Source: an uncultured Methanosarcinales archaeon (lineage in GTDB: Archaea > Nanobdellota > Nanobdellia > Woesearchaeales > JAGVZT01). From it: DNA of 36,469 nucleotides. The notes beneath the pieces were generated by a model. It was not told the origin of the DNA and did not search any database. It saw only the letters and a program-made list of their open reading frames with translations. Positions 36,127 to 36,469 of this stretch are shown here, one piece after another. The stretch's first letter is position 1, and each line of letters opens with the position of its first letter. The stretch spans positions 1 to 36,469 of the forward strand of contig CAYQPU010000015.1 in the NCBI GenBank assembly GCA_964419615.1, written 5' to 3'. A program made the position numbers and the translations under genes.

Positions 36127-36469
36127 ATGAAAAAAATAGCTCTATTTTTAGTATTAGTCTTGTTGTTACCAATTGTTTTCGCAGCACAATCAGATGAGGT
36201 TGTGATTAAGAGAATTAGGTTGGGAGATCATGGTGTTGTTAGCGGCACTGAGATGAGAAGCTTTGTTTATGTTAAGAATAATGCACATCACAGACTAAAA
36301 GATGGAAGAGTTAGTATTAGATTTATGGATAACGGTTTTTATGATAGTTCTGGTCATTTTGATATTAAGGCAAGAAGTGGTACTGGAAGGAGTTTTCTAA
36401 GTTATGTTGATGGTGTTTCTTCTGGAGAGCATCTTGTTAAGGTAACTTACAGATCTGGTAATGTTAGAA
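36127..36469 (+). CDS. Secreted protein, truncated by the window end
   Basis: Manual translation begins MKKIALFLVLVLLLPIVFAAQSDEVV..., a typical signal peptide; the frame stays open to the window end. Confidence 0.75.
   Translation, partial: MKKIALFLVLVLLLPIVFAAQSDEVVIKRIRLGDHGVVSGTEMRSFVYVKNNAHHRLKDGRVSIRFMDNGFYDSSGHFDIKARSGTGRSFLSYVDGVSSGEHLVKVTYRSGNVR

Overview
AT-rich, gene-dense archaeal chromosome segment, most consistent with a DPANN lineage such as Woesearchaeota. Support: the ftsZ-secE-spt5-rpl11 cluster, TFE, archaeal cytidylate kinase, TATA-box promoters, Cys-rich surface proteins and bacterial-type non-oxidative pentose phosphate genes. Housekeeping content includes cmk, an FKBP PPIase, ftsZ, secE, spt5, rpl11, thiI, eno, split transketolase, rpiB, rpe, gpmA, tfe and mutL. 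An accessory block at about 5.4-15.8 kb holds orphan genes, a cryptic EEP/DNase I-like protein, a DEDD exonuclease and an unusual receiver-domain/AAA+ ATPase fusion. Other notable items are two apparent pseudo-enzymes (an AlaX paralog lacking two Zn ligands, and a cis-prenyltransferase lacking its catalytic motifs), two structured intergenic elements (18.47 and 24.4 kb), a 42-aa Zn-finger microprotein below the ORF-track cutoff, an L11 with a long C-terminal extension, and a 30-aa Cys-repeat surface protein. No rRNA, tRNA, CRISPR array, integrase or transposase was recognised. All annotations come from manual motif reading; no database searches were run.
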